A stretch of 28,576 nt of DNA. Origin: Paramicrosporidium saccamoebae KSL3 (taxonomy: Eukaryota > Fungi > Cryptomycota). The DNA is taken from assembly GCA_002794465.1 (NCBI GenBank), contig MTSL01000213.1, forward strand, positions 1 through 28,576, given 5' to 3'. The notes beneath the pieces are model-generated. The model was not told the DNA's origin and ran no database searches. It saw only the letters and a program-made list of their open reading frames with translations. Numbering within the stretch: position 1 is the first letter of the stretch; each line of letters begins with the position of its first letter. The translations under genes and the position numbers were made by a program. Below, one piece after another: positions 25,939-28,576 of the stretch.

Positions 25939-26373
25939 GGTGGCGCTGGTGCTTTGAAGCTAGGATCGACCAGGGTCTCGGAGGTGTTTTTTTTGAATGT
26001 GCCTATTGGTCAGATTCATTGCAGGTAGAGACAACAGCCACCAACAGCCCAAGGATACAAGAAAGTATGAAAATTGCGTCGCAGCACAAAGATAGAGTTC
26101 AATTTGATTCTAGTATTTAACTGATGCAGAGCTTAGAGCACTGGGGAGCTAATTGTACTATTTTCGTGCGCATGATGGCTGTCCCGTGGTGCCACAACAA
26201 CCAGGAATCTTATATCGCACACGCTAAACGAGAGTTGGCTTTACTATTATCTGTTGGGTAATAACGATCAGCTCAATTTACAGTAATTCTTCCTTAACCG
26301 GGAGCTGTCCATCATCAAGATTGCTACTTTCAACTTTACACTAATACGGCCGTGTTTCTATTGGTCCAGTCAA

Positions 26374-28308
26374 ATGTCCGATAATGCCGCCTTTGAGGAA
26401 CAGTTGCTTCGTCTTGGAGAGCTGGACGACCCACTATCAGTTTTTGACGGATATTATTCCCATTTGCAACACACAAATGCCGATGCTGTGACCCTGACGC
26501 GTATACTAGAACGAGCCACTCAGACATTTGTGACTGACCGACGGTACCGAAATGACCCGCGGTATTTGAAACTCTGGCTGGCCTACGCCCATCGATGTGT
26601 GGACCCAGAAGACATTTACTCATTCCTCGCCATGAGGGGCATTGCGAGCGATTTGGCTGCATTCTACGAAGACTATGCCGGCTATTTGGAGCGGAAGGGC
26701 GACCTTCACAAAGCAGGCGAAGTATTGAAGGCTGGCGTCCAGAAACACGCTGCACCCATAGAGAGGCTAATGAAGAGGCAGGAGGACTTTAAGACAAAGC
26801 ACCCTGAAAGTGAGAAGAAGCGGAGACAAGAAGTTGCAGGGTACAATGTTGCGCTGCTTAATAATTGTCTGTTGTCTTTTGAGGAGGTGCGAGCAAAGAG
26901 TTGGCGTCGTGCCGGAAGTATTCTCAAGGCCACCTATAATCCCCCTGCCCCGATCCCCACAATGATGGACGATGATGGATTGGACGGATTCGATCTCGGT
27001 TTGGGGCCAGTGGACCCTGACGATCTGACTCACGTGAGCATCTACAGGGACAATACCACCGATTTGCGAGAACTCGCCCGTTCGCTTTCCACGGAAAAGG
27101 AAAATACCCAACCGTTGCTGAATTTCTCAATTGACCAGTTTATTTTAGAAGAGAAGCCACCAAAGATGCTGTTGGGAATGGATGACGATGATTTCATCCT
27201 AAATACAAGACGGGACTGCCGATTATCGCTGATTCCTGAAGAATCCGATATTGCAACCCAAGTGTCTGGGGCAATTCCCAGTCTTCTCTCCGCTTCCCCT
27301 CGCATTAGTGTTGCCGATATACAACATATGAAGGAGCGAGTTCAGGTAGCGACAATTTCCAGTGAAGATCTGTTACAGCCCCGGTTAGCAGCAATGGAAA
27401 AGAGCATTGGCCGCGACGGCGTCGGTAACAATCACACGGTGGCCTCGTTGAGAGTGGCATCTGGTCACTTTTTTGTAGAGAGACGCCTTGGCGTCAAGGT
27501 AGTTTTGGCTATTGATCTGGAGGCTGATCTTGGGGGATCAGATTTGCACCAGGCGGCTCTGAAGCTGACGCATGATTGCTGGGAACCCCATATACTAGGC
27601 CGTCTAAAAGGAATCCGTGGAATTCCTATCCTTGGAAAAGTCTGTCGCCACCCTGACAATATCATATTCACTTGTTCATATTTCCCTCACGGATCGCTGG
27701 CCTCGTTGCTGCGGATAAGCATTGATGAAAAACTCGTCTTGTTTTGGGTGAGAGAACTGGTGAAATTGCTATTGCATCTCTATGAGCGCAACATTGTACA
27801 CGGTGGAATTACATTGGATCATGTGATGGTCCGACTTGGTCCACTGCCCATTTCGTCAATATTTGACCCGAATGGCGGAGGTGGTTGGGATGACCGTGGA
27901 GTTGGCCTCGTCTCCTTCTCCCACGCCTTGGATGGCGAGCTCATCAATTTGGATTCAGAGCTCATGTCCGAGACGACAACCAATCTGGATTCAGAGCTAC
28001 TCCCCGGCCCAATAGACAACCTTGATTCAGGACGCCATATCGCCACCCTTGATCTGTCCATGCTCCTGAACATTATTACAGAAATTTGTAAGGAAATTCC
28101 AACACTGCGCTATCCCAATATGTGGAGTGAGCTGACTTTATTTATTCGACAGAATCAGGGCTGTAAATGGCGGAAATTGAGCGATGTGTATTTGAATATT
28201 GTGAGTATTATTGACCATGTCTTGGTCTCCGAGTCGTCTGCCTTGCCCACTCTCAAGTCACTGCTGACGAAGCTCGAGATTACTCTGTTGGAAAGGCATC
28301 CACGGTAA
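26374..28308 (+). CDS. BUB1: Bub1/Mad3-family spindle checkpoint protein with degenerate (pseudo)kinase domain, 644 aa
   Basis: TPR region DDPL...YRNDPRYLKLWLAYA...AAFYEDYAGYLE; GLEBS-like LSFEEVRA; ABBA-like VSIYRD followed by KEN; C-terminal kinase-like fold with HGGITLDH and SFS in place of HGDIKPDN and DFG. Confidence 0.88.
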   Translation: MSDNAAFEEQLLRLGELDDPLSVFDGYYSHLQHTNADAVTLTRILERATQTFVTDRRYRNDPRYLKLWLAYAHRCVDPEDIYSFLAMRGIASDLAAFYEDYAGYLERKGDLHKAGEVLKAGVQKHAAPIERLMKRQEDFKTKHPESEKKRRQEVAGYNVALLNNCLLSFEEVRAKSWRRAGSILKATYNPPAPIPTMMDDDGLDGFDLGLGPVDPDDLTHVSIYRDNTTDLRELARSLSTEKENTQPLLNFSIDQFILEEKPPKMLLGMDDDDFILNTRRDCRLSLIPEESDIATQVSGAIPSLLSASPRISVADIQHMKERVQVATISSEDLLQPRLAAMEKSIGRDGVGNNHTVASLRVASGHFFVERRLGVKVVLAIDLEADLGGSDLHQAALKLTHDCWEPHILGRLKGIRGIPILGKVCRHPDNIIFTCSYFPHGSLASLLRISIDEKLVLFWVRELVKLLLHLYERNIVHGGITLDHVMVRLGPLPISSIFDPNGGGGWDDRGVGLVSFSHALDGELINLDSELMSETTTNLDSELLPGPIDNLDSGRHIATLDLSMLLNIITEICKEIPTLRYPNMWSELTLFIRQNQGCKWRKLSDVYLNIVSIIDHVLVSESSALPTLKSLLTKLEITLLERHPR

Positions 28309-28390
28309 TTCATCGTGTTCAATAAACATTAAATCTATGTGAGGGGAGATTGTCTTGCCGCAAGAGCCGAGGCTTTGATTTGTGATACGT

Positions 28391-28509
28391 GTGTGATGTA
28401 GAGGATCAATTAGTTGGGTATTGCAGGACAATGAGATCTGTATCCTTACGATTTTAAGATTAGCAGTGAACAAGTTTTCTTCTCGCCTAAACTAGGCCGT
28501 TGGATTAAC
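28391..28509 (-). mobile_element. Dispersed MITE-like element copy R6 (long-spacer subfamily, right end present)
   Basis: Reverse complement ...TCACTGCTAATCTTAAAATCGTAAGGATACAGATCTCATTGTCCTGCAATACCCAACTAATTGATCCTCTACATCACAC; 51/59 identity with R7. Confidence 0.8.
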
Positions 28510-28576
28510 GATGAACAATGAACGCTTTCTTTTCATCTCTTCCCACTTGACTTAGTACGTGGTACACCCCCCCCCC

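Noticed and set aside
26160-26345. Possible small spliced ORF (MMAVPWCHNN...) with a 26-nt GT-AG intron upstream of BUB1
   Set aside because: Short, no recognisable motif, closes before the BUB1 ATG and does not supply a KEN box. Insufficient support.
28567-28576. Terminal poly-C tract as a telomere or functional element
   Set aside because: A 10-nt homopolymer at the window edge. It could be a contig break or the G-tract of an adjacent element copy (R4 has G11), and cannot be interpreted from this window.

Overview
Gene-dense eukaryotic window (not prokaryotic) with about 13 intact genes and one pseudogene. It has very small GT-AG introns (29-36 nt), short intergenic spacers and nucleus-encoded mitochondrial genes. 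The fungal-type proteins and tiny introns suggest an early-diverging fungus or Rozellomycota-like organism (inference only). Gene order: ankyrin-repeat pseudogene (+); NEDD1-C-terminus-like gene lacking WD40 (-); kexin (-); mitochondrial EF-G (-); mitochondrial malate dehydrogenase (-); two tandem paralogous ~780-aa Cys-patterned type I membrane proteins (+,+); LisH/CTLH/CRA protein (-); small acidic orphan (+); carotenoid-oxygenase-family protein lacking all four iron-binding His (-); GalE (+); USP7/Ubp15 (-); Sym1/Mpv17 (+); orphan membrane protein (-); Bub1-like protein with a degenerate kinase (+). Most striking non-coding signals: (1) a modular ~120-190 bp dispersed element with imperfect terminal inverted repeats (MITE-like), seen as 8 full or partial copies, in 8 of 9 spacers containing a gene 3' end and 0 of 5 divergent promoter spacers; (2) three minisatellites whose units contain a gene's own stop codon and last codons. 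All alignments and splice calls were made by eye, with no database searches.
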